Shown here one piece after another: positions 50,256 through 61,358 of a DNA stretch of 64,000 nt. Position 1 is the stretch's first letter, and each line of letters begins with the position of its first letter. The position numbers and the translations under genes are program-made. This DNA comes from Gammaproteobacteria bacterium (lineage in GTDB: Bacteria > Pseudomonadota > Gammaproteobacteria > GCA-002705445 > GCA-002716945). The stretch spans positions 16,052 through 80,051 of the forward strand of contig JAYQJW010000007.1 in NCBI GenBank assembly GCA_038142325.1, read 5' to 3'. A model generated the notes under the pieces. The model did not search any database. It was not told the DNA's origin and was given only the letters and a program-made list of their open reading frames with translations.

Positions 50256-50293
50256 TGAAGAAAATTATAGCATTTTCTTGTGTTTTGAGTTAA

Positions 50294-50941
50294 TTAATCA
50301 GATTTTAAGATAGACGTAATCTCATCGGTAAGTCTTTCAGGGCCATCCTCGCCTCCAACTATACGATGTAATATTCCTTTTTCTTTATAAAAATCAATTA
50401 TAGGTTCTGTTTGTTCTGAATATACATTGAGACGATTAGTTACTGTTTCTTCGTTATCATCCGCTCTTTTTGTAAAAACACCACCTTTCTCACATTTATA
50501 TCCTTCTTTATAATCTGAAAAAAATTCATTCTCAATTTTTCCACAAATATTACAAGTTATCCTTCCAACACATCTTTTAATAATTAAATCAGTAGGGACA
50601 TCGATTAAAAAGACATATTCTATCGATAGATTTAGTTTTTGTAGTAAATCATCCAAACTTGTTGCTTGTGATAAATTTCTTGGAAAGCCATCTAGTATGA
50701 AACCATTTTTACAATCATCAGAAGATATTTTTTTAGATACTAATTCAAGAACAAGATCATCGCTGACAAATTTTCCAGATGACATAATTTTCTTGAGTTC
50801 ATCTCCCAATTCAGATCCAGATGCAGTCTCAGCTCTCAATAAATCTCCAGTTGAGATCTGAGGTATACTGAATGCCTTTTCAATATTTTTTGACTGAGTC
50901 CCTTTACCCGATCCTGGCGCACCTAAAAAAAGTATATTCAT
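50294..50941 (-). CDS. adk: Adenylate kinase
   Basis: GAPGSGKGT, ISTGDLLR, LDGFPR and RADD motifs. Confidence 0.97.
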   Translation of the reverse strand: MNILFLGAPGSGKGTQSKNIEKAFSIPQISTGDLLRAETASGSELGDELKKIMSSGKFVSDDLVLELVSKKISSDDCKNGFILDGFPRNLSQATSLDDLLQKLNLSIEYVFLIDVPTDLIIKRCVGRITCNICGKIENEFFSDYKEGYKCEKGGVFTKRADDNEETVTNRLNVYSEQTEPIIDFYKEKGILHRIVGGEDGPERLTDEITSILKSD

Positions 50942-50967
50942 GTTTTATGTTCTCCTTGATAAAAAAT

Positions 50968-52983
50968 TTATAGTAATGGCGCAATCACAAGACTTACAAT
51001 AGCCATGACATTTATTAAGATATTCATAGACGGTCCTGATGTATCTTTCAGAGGATCTCCAACTGTATCTCCAACTACAGCCGCTTTATGAGTGTCTGAA
51101 CCTTTACCCCCAAAGTTACCTTTTTCAACAAATTTCTTTGCATTGTCCCAAGCTCCACCAGAATTTGACATGGTTAATGCTAGAAGAATACAGCTCACTA
51201 AACCGCCGCCAAGTAGACCTCCAAGCATTTCTGGACCAAAGGTGAATCCGACTACCACTGGTGAGAATACAGCAATTGCACCAGGCAGCACCATTTTTTT
51301 CAAAGCAGCCCCTGTAGCAATCTCCACACACTTTTGATTATCTGGTTTGCCTGTACCTTCCATTAAGCCTGGAATTTCTCTAAACTGCCTTCTTATTTCA
51401 TTTATCATGCTATACGCTGCATCACCTACAGCTGTAATTGTCAATGAAGCTACCAGGAATGGAATCATGCCTCCTATGAACAATCCTATAAGCACATTGG
51501 TGTCTGTTAATAGAAGTTGAATAGATTCTTGCCTACTATGATTAACCTCTTGAACAAAAGCTGTGATAATTGCAAGTGCAGCTAGAGCTGCCGCACCAAT
51601 TGCAAAACCTTTTCCAATGGCTGCCGTTGTATTTCCCACTTCATCTAGGCTATCAGTAATTTTACGAGTTTCTTTACCAAGTGCACCCATTTCTGCAATC
51701 CCGCCAGCATTGTCAGCAATAGGACCATAAGCATCAATAGCCATTGTAATTCCTACGGTTGCAAGCATACCAACAGCTGCTATTCCAACACCATATAATC
51801 CAGCAAAATGATTAGATAAGAAAATTATTACAACAAGAGTGAGTATTGGGATGACTACTGATTGGAGTCCGATTGATAACCCTGTCGTAATCACTGTTGC
51901 AGAACCTGTTTGACCTTGTTCTGCAATTTTACGAACAGGGGCCCCTCCAGTATAGTACTCGGTTACTAATCCAATAATTATACCGCCAACTGTTCCAGAA
52001 AGAACCGCATACCAAGCATTTGCACTGACTCCTAGTGAGATTATGACGAAGTAAGCTAAGACAATAAATGAGATGGCTGCAGCGAATGTTCCACCTCTTA
52101 ATGAATTAGCGATATTTGTTTCATCACTTCCTTTTTTGGAAGCTAAAATTTTTATAATCAGTATTCCAATTATAGAACAAAATAATCCAAGTGATGCAAG
52201 CACCAATGGGAGAGACATTAATGTTTCTCTAATTCCTAAATCAATCATATCTGTTTGCAACATGGTAGATGCGATAGCTATTGTTGCAATTATTGCACCA
52301 CAGTAGGATTCAAAAATATCAGATCCCATTCCAGCTACATCACCTACATTGTCACCAACATTGTCTGCTATGACACCTGGGTTTCTTGGGTCATCTTCTG
52401 GGATATCCTTTTCAACTTTACCTACCAAGTCAGCTCCAACATCAGCAGATTTAGTAAAAATACCACCACCTACTCTTGAGAATAAAGCTACTGTCGATGC
52501 CCCCATTCCAAAACCATGTATTGTTGATGCGGTTGCAGGGTCGCTACCATATAATATGTATAATAGCCCCAAGCCGAGAAGACCCATGGCTGCAACTGTA
52601 AGACCCATAATTGATCCACCAAAAAATGCAACTGAAAGACTGTCACTTACACCGGAATTTTGTGCAGCTGTGGCAGTTCTAACATTAGCTTTGGTGGCAG
52701 TATACATACCAATGAAACCTGTTATTGACGAACTCAGAGCACCAACAATAAACGCAACTGTGCTACTAAGTCCTAATCCGATGTATATACCAAATATGAG
52801 TATCAGCGAAAAAACGAATAAAATCGAATATTCTTTTTTCATAAATGCCATGGCGCCAAGGTGTATTTCATCAGAAATATCTGTAAGATTTTTGTCTCCT
52901 GCAGGGTATTTTTTTACAACAGAATAAAGAAGGTATGCCGAGATCAGCCCAATCAAACCTAGTATTATTGGTATTAGATTCAT
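50968..52983 (-). CDS. hppA: Membrane-bound ion-translocating pyrophosphatase (K+-dependent type)
   Basis: [26 protein letters not shown] and [10 protein letters not shown] motifs. Confidence 0.96.
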   Translation of the reverse strand: MNLIPIILGLIGLISAYLLYSVVKKYPAGDKNLTDISDEIHLGAMAFMKKEYSILFVFSLILIFGIYIGLGLSSTVAFIVGALSSSITGFIGMYTATKANVRTATAAQNSGVSDSLSVAFFGGSIMGLTVAAMGLLGLGLLYILYGSDPATASTIHGFGMGASTVALFSRVGGGIFTKSADVGADLVGKVEKDIPEDDPRNPGVIADNVGDNVGDVAGMGSDIFESYCGAIIATIAIASTMLQTDMIDLGIRETLMSLPLVLASLGLFCSIIGILIIKILASKKGSDETNIANSLRGGTFAAAISFIVLAYFVIISLGVSANAWYAVLSGTVGGIIIGLVTEYYTGGAPVRKIAEQGQTGSATVITTGLSIGLQSVVIPILTLVVIIFLSNHFAGLYGVGIAAVGMLATVGITMAIDAYGPIADNAGGIAEMGALGKETRKITDSLDEVGNTTAAIGKGFAIGAAALAALAIITAFVQEVNHSRQESIQLLLTDTNVLIGLFIGGMIPFLVASLTITAVGDAAYSMINEIRRQFREIPGLMEGTGKPDNQKCVEIATGAALKKMVLPGAIAVFSPVVVGFTFGPEMLGGLLGGGLVSCILLALTMSNSGGAWDNAKKFVEKGNFGGKGSDTHKAAVVGDTVGDPLKDTSGPSMNILINVMAIVSLVIAPLL

Positions 52984-53044
52984 ATTAAATCACCTTATAT
53001 TCGTTTTTTGTTTTTCTTTTAAAAATCTTACTTATAATACAGAT

Positions 53045-54946
53045 ATGGTAAGCAAGTATCGCAATGAGACTATCAGAAAAAAGCAGAGGTTTGAAGAGAA
53101 AACTGGCTGGGAAGGTATAAATGATCCAACCAAGGACAGAGCCTCTCATAAACTAAGAGCGTTGATAGCTATTGCTGTTGTTACAATTATATCCTTTGTA
53201 TATCTAGACCGTATTTATGAGATTCAAATTGAGAACCATGATCTGTATTTAACTAAAGCCGATGATAATAGGATTCGCGTTAGACCAATAGAACCCATTA
53301 GAGGTAGCATCCTTGATAGAAATGGCATTATTTTAGCCGAAAGCTTTGATACTTTTGACATAGTTGCAAAAAAGGAAAACATAATCTCAAAGGAGAAATT
53401 TTTAATTAATACTAGGAAGGTCCTAAAGGTAGACAATGATGATTTAGTAAAAATCGAAAAGCAATTCAAAAATAAAAAACTAAAAGAAATCACTTTGAAA
53501 AAAAATGTGTCAATTGAAGAGTTTACGAAGCTATCCGTTGATCAGTATATGCTTCCAGAGATGGAACTGATTGTTAAATCTAACCGTCGTTATTTTTTTC
53601 CGGAACAAATGTCTCATATAACAGGATACACGGGAAAATTATCTGACAGCGATTTTAATACTGTCATAGAAATTAAAGAGGGCATGACCACTGTTGGCAA
53701 AGTAGGCATAGAGCGATTCTATCAAAATTTATTATCTGGTACGCCAGGTTTTGAGAAATTAGAAACTAATGCAAATAATGAAATTGTAGGAGTCTTAGAA
53801 AAAAAACCTGCAGTGAGAGGAAGTGATGTATATTTGACCATTGATTCTAAACTTCAAAACTTTTCTTACAACTTACTAAAGGACAAACAAGGCTCTATCA
53901 TTGTTATGAATCCTCACAATGGAGACATTCTAAGCTTTGTAAGTCATCCGGGATATAATACTAATTTATTTGCTAGAGGAATTTCATCTAAAGATTACAA
54001 AAAATTACTAAATGATAAAGCTAAACCTCTTTTAAACCGCGCCTTAAATGGTCAATATCCGCCGGGCTCAACAGTGAAACCATTTTTTGGTTTAGTTGCA
54101 CTTGAAGAGGGTATTATTGATAAATCTAGAGTCTTTGCCTGTACTGGAGCTTATAAACTTGAGAATTATAAAAGACCATTCAAGTGTTGGAAAAAAGATG
54201 GACATATGGATGTAAATCTCTCATCTGCGGTTGCATCGTCATGCGATGTCTTTTTTTATCGTCTGGCTGAAATATCCGGCATTGATATGATGCATGACAA
54301 ATTACAAAAGTTTGGTTTTGGGCAAAAGACATATCTTGATCTATATGGTGAAAAAAATGGACTCTTACCATCGAGAGAGTGGAAGAATAAATCAAGACAA
54401 GAGCCTTGGTATCCAGGTGAGACGCTTAATATAGGTATTGGACAAGGTTATTTTCTTACTACTCCTCTTCAGCTTGCTAATGCAACATCACTACTTGCCA
54501 GCGGCGGTTCAAGCACTACCCCACATTTATTTTTAAGAAGTATCGACAGAGTAAATAATGAAGTCAGTAATTTCAAATACATTGAAAATGAGAACTCGAT
54601 AGGTATAGATACCGAAAGTTTGCATATTGTTAATGAAGCAATGTGGCGTGTAATTTATGATAAGAAAATTGGAACAGCATCGCACCTTAAAAAAGTTAAA
54701 GGATTAGAATTCGCAGGAAAGACAGGAACTGCACAGGTATATAATCTTGATAAAGGGGAGTCTGGCAAGAAATCCTTACAAGACCATGCTTTATTTATAA
54801 GCTTTGCTCCTTTTGAAAGTCCTGAAATTGTTGTCTCTGTAATAGTTGATAACGGTGGAAGCGGATCTAGTGTTGCAGCGCCAATAGCTAGAGACATCAT
54901 CAATTATTATTTTGAAAATATTCAGCCTAGGGTTGCCATGCAATGA
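53045..54946 (+). CDS. mrdA: Penicillin-binding protein 2
   Basis: STVK, SCD and KTG motifs; precedes rodA. Confidence 0.95.
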   Translation: MVSKYRNETIRKKQRFEEKTGWEGINDPTKDRASHKLRALIAIAVVTIISFVYLDRIYEIQIENHDLYLTKADDNRIRVRPIEPIRGSILDRNGIILAESFDTFDIVAKKENIISKEKFLINTRKVLKVDNDDLVKIEKQFKNKKLKEITLKKNVSIEEFTKLSVDQYMLPEMELIVKSNRRYFFPEQMSHITGYTGKLSDSDFNTVIEIKEGMTTVGKVGIERFYQNLLSGTPGFEKLETNANNEIVGVLEKKPAVRGSDVYLTIDSKLQNFSYNLLKDKQGSIIVMNPHNGDILSFVSHPGYNTNLFARGISSKDYKKLLNDKAKPLLNRALNGQYPPGSTVKPFFGLVALEEGIIDKSRVFACTGAYKLENYKRPFKCWKKDGHMDVNLSSAVASSCDVFFYRLAEISGIDMMHDKLQKFGFGQKTYLDLYGEKNGLLPSREWKNKSRQEPWYPGETLNIGIGQGYFLTTPLQLANATSLLASGGSSTTPHLFLRSIDRVNNEVSNFKYIENENSIGIDTESLHIVNEAMWRVIYDKKIGTASHLKKVKGLEFAGKTGTAQVYNLDKGESGKKSLQDHALFISFAPFESPEIVVSVIVDNGGSGSSVAAPIARDIINYYFENIQPRVAMQ

Positions 54947-56046
54947 GCTACTCAACCAATCAATTTAGCGGCATCTCATCTCTTTTAAAAATTGACTTGA
55001 AGTTATTTATGATCATCATGACAATTGTATTTCTTGGTCTAATAACTTTATACAGTGTATCTAGCGGAGATAACTCATTAGTTTTAAAACAGTTGGTTCG
55101 TATAGCGGTTGGACTAGTAGCTATGGTGCTATTAGCACAAATTCATCCCGATAACTTCAGGCTCTTCTCTCCTTTTTTATATTTTGGAGGAATTCTTTTA
55201 TTAGTGTTAACAATTTTTTTTGGTGTTGGTAAATCTGCAGATCGATGGCTAGATTTTTATTTTTTCAGATTTCAACCCTCAGAGTTGATGAAAATATTTG
55301 TACCTTTGATGATTGCATCATTTTATTCGGATAAGGAGCTGCCGCCTAGATTTAAAAACTTAGTTATAGCAGCTGTAATAATTATTATTCCTGCACTTCT
55401 AATTGCAAAACAACCCGATCTGGGTACAGCAATATTGATAACAAGTTCCGGAATAATAGCAATTTTCTTATCCGGGATAAGGCTTGTGCATATACTTTTG
55501 GGTATTGCTTTTGTAATCGGCGCAATACCTGTTCTTTGGTCAATGATGTATGACTATCAAAAATCAAGAGTTTTATCTTTTTTCAGCCCTGAACAAGACG
55601 CACTAGGATCTGGTTACCATCTAATTCAATCTAAAATAGCATTAGGCTCAGGAGGATTATTTGGTAAAGGTTATATGAATGGCACCCAATCAAAATTAGA
55701 TTTCCTTCCCGAAAATCACACAGATTTTATTTTTTCTGCATTCGGAGAGGAATTTGGTTTTATAGGCGTATTGCTTTTAATTACTCTCTATGTCCTTGCG
55801 GTAATGAGAGGAATGAGTATCTCCATTAAAGCAACAGATAACTTTGCGCGCATCTTGTCAGGAACACTTATCTTAACAATATTTTTATATATTCTTGTTA
55901 ACATAGGAATGGTGATAGGATTACTTCCTATTGTTGGAGCTCCTCTACCATTTATGAGTTATGGAGGCACATCTATGCTTACGGTATTTGCAGCGCTGGG
56001 TATAATTATGTCTGTTAAATCACATCAGAGATTAATGAGAAAATGA
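54943..56046 (+). CDS. rodA: Rod shape-determining protein RodA
   Basis: FQPSELMK, QPDLGT, PENHTDFIF and SYGGTS motifs. Confidence 0.96.
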   Translation: MSYSTNQFSGISSLLKIDLKLFMIIMTIVFLGLITLYSVSSGDNSLVLKQLVRIAVGLVAMVLLAQIHPDNFRLFSPFLYFGGILLLVLTIFFGVGKSADRWLDFYFFRFQPSELMKIFVPLMIASFYSDKELPPRFKNLVIAAVIIIIPALLIAKQPDLGTAILITSSGIIAIFLSGIRLVHILLGIAFVIGAIPVLWSMMYDYQKSRVLSFFSPEQDALGSGYHLIQSKIALGSGGLFGKGYMNGTQSKLDFLPENHTDFIFSAFGEEFGFIGVLLLITLYVLAVMRGMSISIKATDNFARILSGTLILTIFLYILVNIGMVIGLLPIVGAPLPFMSYGGTSMLTVFAALGIIMSVKSHQRLMRK

Positions 56047-57059
56047 TAAAAATCCTCTTAATCATAATGATTTTCTCTTTTAACTTTGTTGCTTATGCAC
56101 AAAATGGATACGACACCTACGAAGTTGACTCATTTATTGATGAGATGTATCAAAAGCATAATTATAGCAAAAAAGATTTAAAAGAATTATTTTCAAAAAT
56201 AAAAGAAGAAAAAAAATTAAAAAAGTTTTTCAAAAAAGCTCCTGAGAGAAAATTAACTTGGAATGGCTGTTCTCCTGATGAGAAACAATGTATCAATTAT
56301 AAAGGCTTATTTGTTAATGAATACAACATTAATAACGGCATAAGATTTATCAAAGAAAATAATCATCTTTTAGAAAAAGCATCAAAGAAGTTTGGTGTAC
56401 CAAAAGAAATTATTACGGCAATCATAGGTATAGAGACAAGATATGGAAAAAACTTAGGTACATTTAAAACCTTTGATACTTTAGCTTCTCTTTCAGTTGG
56501 TCCAAACAAGGGGCGTAGAGCAAAATTTTATAGAACAGAACTTGAGAATTTCCTTTTGCTTTGTAGAGAAAATAGTTTAGACCCAAATTTAATTAAAGGC
56601 TCGTATGCTGGAGCTTTAGGAAAACCGCAGTTTATTTCAAGCTCTTACAGAAACTATGCTATTGACTTTGATGGAGATAATAGTGCGGACTTATGGAATT
56701 CAAATGCAGATGTTATCGGCAGTGTTGCAAATTACCTGAAACGTAATGGGTGGCAAAGAGGAGGATTAATTCTAACTGATTTAGAAATCAATCATAATGA
56801 AAATAAACTTAAAAAAATTTCAAAAAAAACATATAAACCTCATACCACTTATAAGAAATATAAGAATATGAATATAAAAACTCATATCCGCTTGAGCGAT
56901 AATGAAAAATTATCAGTAATCAAAAGAATTGAGGGCACTAAAGATGTATATAGCTTTGGACATAATAATTTTTATACAATAACTAGATATAATAGAAGTC
57001 GACTTTATGCACTAGCAGTATTTACTCTGGCACAGGATTTAAAAATGGCATCACAGTAG
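56043..57059 (+). CDS. mltB: Lytic murein transglycosylase B
   Basis: IIGIETRYG, GSYAGA.G.PQF, DFDGD and ITRYNRS motifs. Confidence 0.92.
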   Translation: MIKILLIIMIFSFNFVAYAQNGYDTYEVDSFIDEMYQKHNYSKKDLKELFSKIKEEKKLKKFFKKAPERKLTWNGCSPDEKQCINYKGLFVNEYNINNGIRFIKENNHLLEKASKKFGVPKEIITAIIGIETRYGKNLGTFKTFDTLASLSVGPNKGRRAKFYRTELENFLLLCRENSLDPNLIKGSYAGALGKPQFISSSYRNYAIDFDGDNSADLWNSNADVIGSVANYLKRNGWQRGGLILTDLEINHNENKLKKISKKTYKPHTTYKKYKNMNIKTHIRLSDNEKLSVIKRIEGTKDVYSFGHNNFYTITRYNRSRLYALAVFTLAQDLKMASQ

Positions 57060-57083
57060 TTATTGTTATGTTAATATATAAAT

Positions 57084-58212
57084 ATGACTAAAAAAATCAT
57101 TACTGCATTTCTTGGAATTTTCATTACTGGTTTATCATATTCATCGCCAATACCACCTGCGCCAAACCTTAATGTCAAATCATATGTATTACTAGATTTT
57201 GATAGCAACATGATTTTAGCATCCAGTAACGGCGATTTAACGCTTCCACCTGCAAGCATAACTAAAATGATGACTGCTTATTTGGCATTTACTGAATTAA
57301 AAGAAAAAAATATTTCAATGAATGAAGATATTTTAGTTAGCGAGAAAGCCTGGAAGACAGGTGGCTCTAAAATGTTTATCGAAGTTGGAAAAAAAATTAA
57401 AGTAAAAGATATTTTACAAGGCGTAATCACTGTATCAGGTAATGATGCAAGTGTGGCATTAGCAGAGCATATCTCAGGAGATGAAAAAACTTTTGCAACT
57501 TACATGAACCAGATGGCACAAAATATAGGACTAGAGAACACAAACTACACTAATGCAACTGGTCTGCCTAGCGATAGTTTATATACTACTGCTGAAGATA
57601 TCGCTAAATTATCCAGATCATTGATAATTGAATTTCCTGATTTGTACAAAATGTACTCCACAAAATCATTTAAATTTAATGACATCAAGCAATATTCGAG
57701 AAACAAGCTGTTATTTATAGATGATAATGTTGACGGTATCAAAACTGGATTCACAAAAGCTGCAGGATATTGTCTTGCTAGTTCTGCTAAAAGAGGTAGT
57801 AGACGACTAATAGCTGTTGTTATGGGAGCACCAACACCAGATGACAGAATTCAAGCCAGCCGAACCCTTCTAGAATATGGATTTAGATTTTTTGAAACAC
57901 ATACACTTTTTAAATCTGATACTGCAATATCTACTGCCAGAGTATTTGCAGGTGAAGAAACAGAGTTAAAATTTGGGCTCAGTGAAAGATGCAACCGTTA
58001 CGATTCCAAGAAGACAAAAAAAGAAACTTAAGTATGAGTACATAATAGACAGACAACTAACAGCACCAGTTAAAAAAAATGAAATTATTGGTTTTATGAA
58101 TATAACTCTAGATGGTGAAGTTATAAAAACTTATAAACTCTCAGCACTTGAAAATATCAATCAAGGATCATTGTATCGCAGAACTATTGATTCACTATTT
58201 ATGGATTTATAA
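57084..58212 (+). CDS. dacA: D-alanyl-D-alanine carboxypeptidase (PBP5/6), apparent frameshift at ~57975
   Basis: SITK, SGN and KTG motifs; the C-terminal domain continues in 57973-58212. Confidence 0.9.
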
Positions 58213-59072
58213 TGCCCAAATCAGAGATTGTCTATCTTAATGGAAAATATCTTCCAAAAGAAAAATCTTCTTTATCGATTCTAGATAGAGGTTTTTTATT
58301 TGGTGATGGAGTCTATGAATTAATTCCAATTTATAATAAAAAGATTTTTTACATTAACGATCATCTGTCTAGACTTAGAAATAGTCTCGATCAGATAAAT
58401 ATTTCACCTAAGCTCATAGATGAGACAAATATAGAAGAAATTATTAATCATGTTATTGATAAAAATAATTTCATAAATCATTATATTTATATTCATATCT
58501 CACGCGGTGTGGATGAAAATAGAAATCATATCTATACCACAGAATGTCAACCTACAATTTTGGTTATGGGAGAAAACTATAAGCCGTTTAGTCTAGATAT
58601 TATCAAGTCTGGTAAAAAAGCAATTACAGAGGAAGATTATAGATGGCTCAGATCCAATATAAAATCTACATCATTATTAGCTAATGTTCTTTTGAAAAAT
58701 AAAGCAGCTAAAAATCATGCATATGAGTCACTTTTAATAAGAGATGGCTACCTAACTGAAGGCTCTGCAAGCAATGTGTTTATTATCAAAGACTCTGTTA
58801 TAAAAACACCAAGGTTAAGCAACAAACTGCTTCCTGGTATTACTAGAAAATTTTTAACCAATCTTATTGAATCAAATGAACTGCCTTTTGATGAATGTGA
58901 TATCACAGATAAGGAGTTATTGGATGCAGATGAAATATTTTGTTCAAGTTCAACGAATCCAGTTGTACCAATCATACAAGTAAATGATAAAAAAATTTGT
59001 GATGAAGCTGGTCCTATGTCCATGAAGCTGTATAACTGCGCACAAGACTACATTAAAGAAAATTACTCATAA
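58212..59072 (+). CDS. Class IV aminotransferase (D-amino-acid aminotransferase-like)
   Basis: DRGFLFGDGVYE, IKSTSLL, EGSASN and LPGITR motifs. Confidence 0.88.
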   Translation: MPKSEIVYLNGKYLPKEKSSLSILDRGFLFGDGVYELIPIYNKKIFYINDHLSRLRNSLDQINISPKLIDETNIEEIINHVIDKNNFINHYIYIHISRGVDENRNHIYTTECQPTILVMGENYKPFSLDIIKSGKKAITEEDYRWLRSNIKSTSLLANVLLKNKAAKNHAYESLLIRDGYLTEGSASNVFIIKDSVIKTPRLSNKLLPGITRKFLTNLIESNELPFDECDITDKELLDADEIFCSSSTNPVVPIIQVNDKKICDEAGPMSMKLYNCAQDYIKENYS

Positions 59073-59104
59073 AAAAACCGCTAAATCTAGAATTTAGCGG
59101 TTTT
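59071..59104. terminator. Bidirectional intrinsic terminator
   Basis: A7-CCGCTAAAT-CTAGA-ATTTAGCGG-T4 between convergent genes. Confidence 0.85.
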
Positions 59105-59135
59105 ATATATTCTACGAAATTAAATAACGTAAATT

Positions 59136-59354
59136 TTAGTTAGGCTGGCATTCGTAAGCTGCCGCTTTCATTTCCATAGCCTTAGCTGCACACTCATCAC
59201 GTGATGATACTGGTCCGATTGTCTCAAAACGATCAAAGTCATTCTCAATTGGATATACTTTCACCATATATTCAGATGGAGCAGATGTACCGCCACCACA
59301 TGCAGTGATAATCCCTGTAAGAAGTAGTACAGATAGAAGTTTAAAATGTCTCAT
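59136..59354 (-). CDS. Small lipoprotein
   Basis: Lipobox ITAC, a GGGGG RBS-like run upstream, and two further Cys. Confidence 0.7.
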   Translation of the reverse strand: MRHFKLLSVLLLTGIITACGGGTSAPSEYMVKVYPIENDFDRFETIGPVSSRDECAAKAMEMKAAAYECQPN

Positions 59355-59578
59355 TTGACCCCCTAGTCGTAATTACATCTACTACTTTATCATAATTAAA
59401 TTATCTTGGTCACATATTTATTGGAAATACACGATATTTTCAACGATTAGATTTAGATGTATTCATAAAGCTTTTATATAAATTAAAATGTTTTTGAATT
59501 TAACGATATTTATGACTAAAATGTTAGGTGGGGAATTACACTATTAGCATTTACTAATATTGTAGTCTATTTAATTAA

Positions 59579-60370
59579 ATGGAAAAGAATATGAATAAAG
59601 ACAAAAACAAAGTCTCAAATTCTAAAAGAGGTTTTCTAAAAGGTTTAGGTACTGTAGCTGCAGCTACACCTATCATTGGATCTATGTTTGGCTCTGATGA
59701 TGCTAACGCCGCGAAAACAGATCATGAAATGTATCTTCGTGGTACATATTTTGAATCATGCACATGTGACACAATCTGTCCATGTCTTCTTCTTTTAGAT
59801 CCTACTCAAGGTTATTGTAAAGCATTTTTAACTTGGAACATTGAACAAGGTCACGTCGGTAATGTCGATGTAAGTGGTCTTAATGTATCAATGTGGTTAA
59901 ACGCACCTCAAAACCTTTTGAAAGGTCAATTTGAAATGGCTGTATATGTTGACGAGCGTGCTAATAATGCACAATTTAATGCATTAAGAGATGCTTATCA
60001 TGGAGCTTACGGTGGACACCTAGGTGTTATCGCAAGTATAGGTAAAGGAGCTGAAGGCGCACCACGTGAATATCTTCCAACTAAAAGAGCAAAAATTACC
60101 TATATGGTAGATTCTCCTTCAAGACATGTAATAGTCGAAGGTATTGCTGAAAATAAAATGGAACAACTTGCTGGAGCAGCTGGCCGCCCTGTGGTGGTTC
60201 ATGATACTCCGCTTGCAGTTGCGCCTCCATATCCAATCACTGTAAGTAAAGCTTCAAAACTTACCTACAATGATCATGGCATTAGTCATTCATGGGAAGG
60301 TGGTAACGGCTTAAGCTCACCATTTGTATATCGTGATGGTGCTAATAAGCAAAAAGCAATTGAAGTTTAA
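59579..60370 (+). CDS. DUF1326-family Cys-rich protein with a Tat-like signal
   Basis: ESCTCDTICPC...C, YVDERA..AQ; N-terminal SKRGFLK + hydrophobic stretch + ANA. Confidence 0.8.
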   Translation: MEKNMNKDKNKVSNSKRGFLKGLGTVAAATPIIGSMFGSDDANAAKTDHEMYLRGTYFESCTCDTICPCLLLLDPTQGYCKAFLTWNIEQGHVGNVDVSGLNVSMWLNAPQNLLKGQFEMAVYVDERANNAQFNALRDAYHGAYGGHLGVIASIGKGAEGAPREYLPTKRAKITYMVDSPSRHVIVEGIAENKMEQLAGAAGRPVVVHDTPLAVAPPYPITVSKASKLTYNDHGISHSWEGGNGLSSPFVYRDGANKQKAIEV

Positions 60371-60386
60371 CTTCTAACATTTAATT

Positions 60387-60412
60387 TATGGCCTGCAATC
60401 TTGCAGGCCATA
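60387..60412 (+). terminator. Intergenic hairpin between DUF1326 and DUF2182
   Basis: TATGGCCTGCAA-TC-TTGCAGGCCATA, followed by TTTATTT. Confidence 0.6.
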
Positions 60413-60425
60413 TTTATTTAAGCCT

Positions 60426-61358
60426 ATGAACGAAAAATTAATACAAGCGCCACTTAAAGATAGAATGATTGTCTACGTTGGTGTTGCTATGGTTCTTTTA
60501 TTTTCATGGCTATACATCCTTGGTATGGGATGGCATATGAACACACTACCATTTATTGATAATCCAACATCTATGAATATGGACATGTCTCAAGATTCAA
60601 TGCCTATGGATAAAGGCAGCATGGGTATGGAAAAAGATAAAGGCATGACCATGGATATAGGTTCAATGAATGGGTCTATGGATATGAATAAAGAGACAAG
60701 TATGATTACTCAGATTCTAACTTGGATGCCACCGATGGGAAATATGTGGGCTTTTAGTGATTTCTTTTTATTATTTATGATGTGGGCTGTAATGATGATT
60801 GCGATGATGACACCATCTATTCATCCAATGCTTATGCTTTATACAACATTAAATTCAAGGAAAAAAATGCAAGGACAAGAGTCAGCTTCTCCTATGTTTT
60901 TGCTTTCTGGTTATTTATCAAGCTGGGTTTTATTTAGTTTATTTATTACCATGCCTCAATATTTTCTTCATACCAATGGATACTTAAATATGATGATGGA
61001 GCCTATGCATGCGTATCTTGCAGCATTTGTTTTAATCATGGCAGGTATTTATCAATTTACACCTTACAAAGACGCATGCCTTAATGTATGTCAGTCACCA
61101 CTTAGCTTTCTCACTAATAACTGGCAGGATGGAAATTTAGGCGCATTTATTGTTGGATATAAACATGGCTTTTATTGTGTAGGTTGTTGCTGGGCTTTAA
61201 TGCTCACTCTTTTTGCACTCGGTGTAATGAATATTCTTTGGGTTATAGTGTTAACTGTTTTTGTTTTATTTGAAAAAGTTTCCTATAACTATCCACTTGC
61301 ATATCGAAGAGTGGTTGGTGCTTTTCTAATTACTTGGGGCCTTGTTCTAGCTGTCTGA
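60426..61358 (+). CDS. DUF2182-family metal-binding membrane protein with a Met-rich insert
   Basis: MWAVMMIAMMTP, YQFTPYKDACL..C and CVGCCWALM motifs; Met-rich loop at about residues 35-108. Confidence 0.85.
   Translation: MNEKLIQAPLKDRMIVYVGVAMVLLFSWLYILGMGWHMNTLPFIDNPTSMNMDMSQDSMPMDKGSMGMEKDKGMTMDIGSMNGSMDMNKETSMITQILTWMPPMGNMWAFSDFFLLFMMWAVMMIAMMTPSIHPMLMLYTTLNSRKKMQGQESASPMFLLSGYLSSWVLFSLFITMPQYFLHTNGYLNMMMEPMHAYLAAFVLIMAGIYQFTPYKDACLNVCQSPLSFLTNNWQDGNLGAFIVGYKHGFYCVGCCWALMLTLFALGVMNILWVIVLTVFVLFEKVSYNYPLAYRRVVGAFLITWGLVLAV

Noticed and set aside
52073-52927. Long antisense ORFs inside hppA (also those inside dsrA, dsrL, dsrN, dsrP, alkB, clpB and mazG)
   Set aside because: They lie fully opposite well-supported genes, show no motifs and are expected shadows of codon bias.
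60560-60750. ATGGAT/ATGAAT-like short repeats as a DNA repeat element
   Set aside because: They simply encode the Met-rich loop of the DUF2182 protein.
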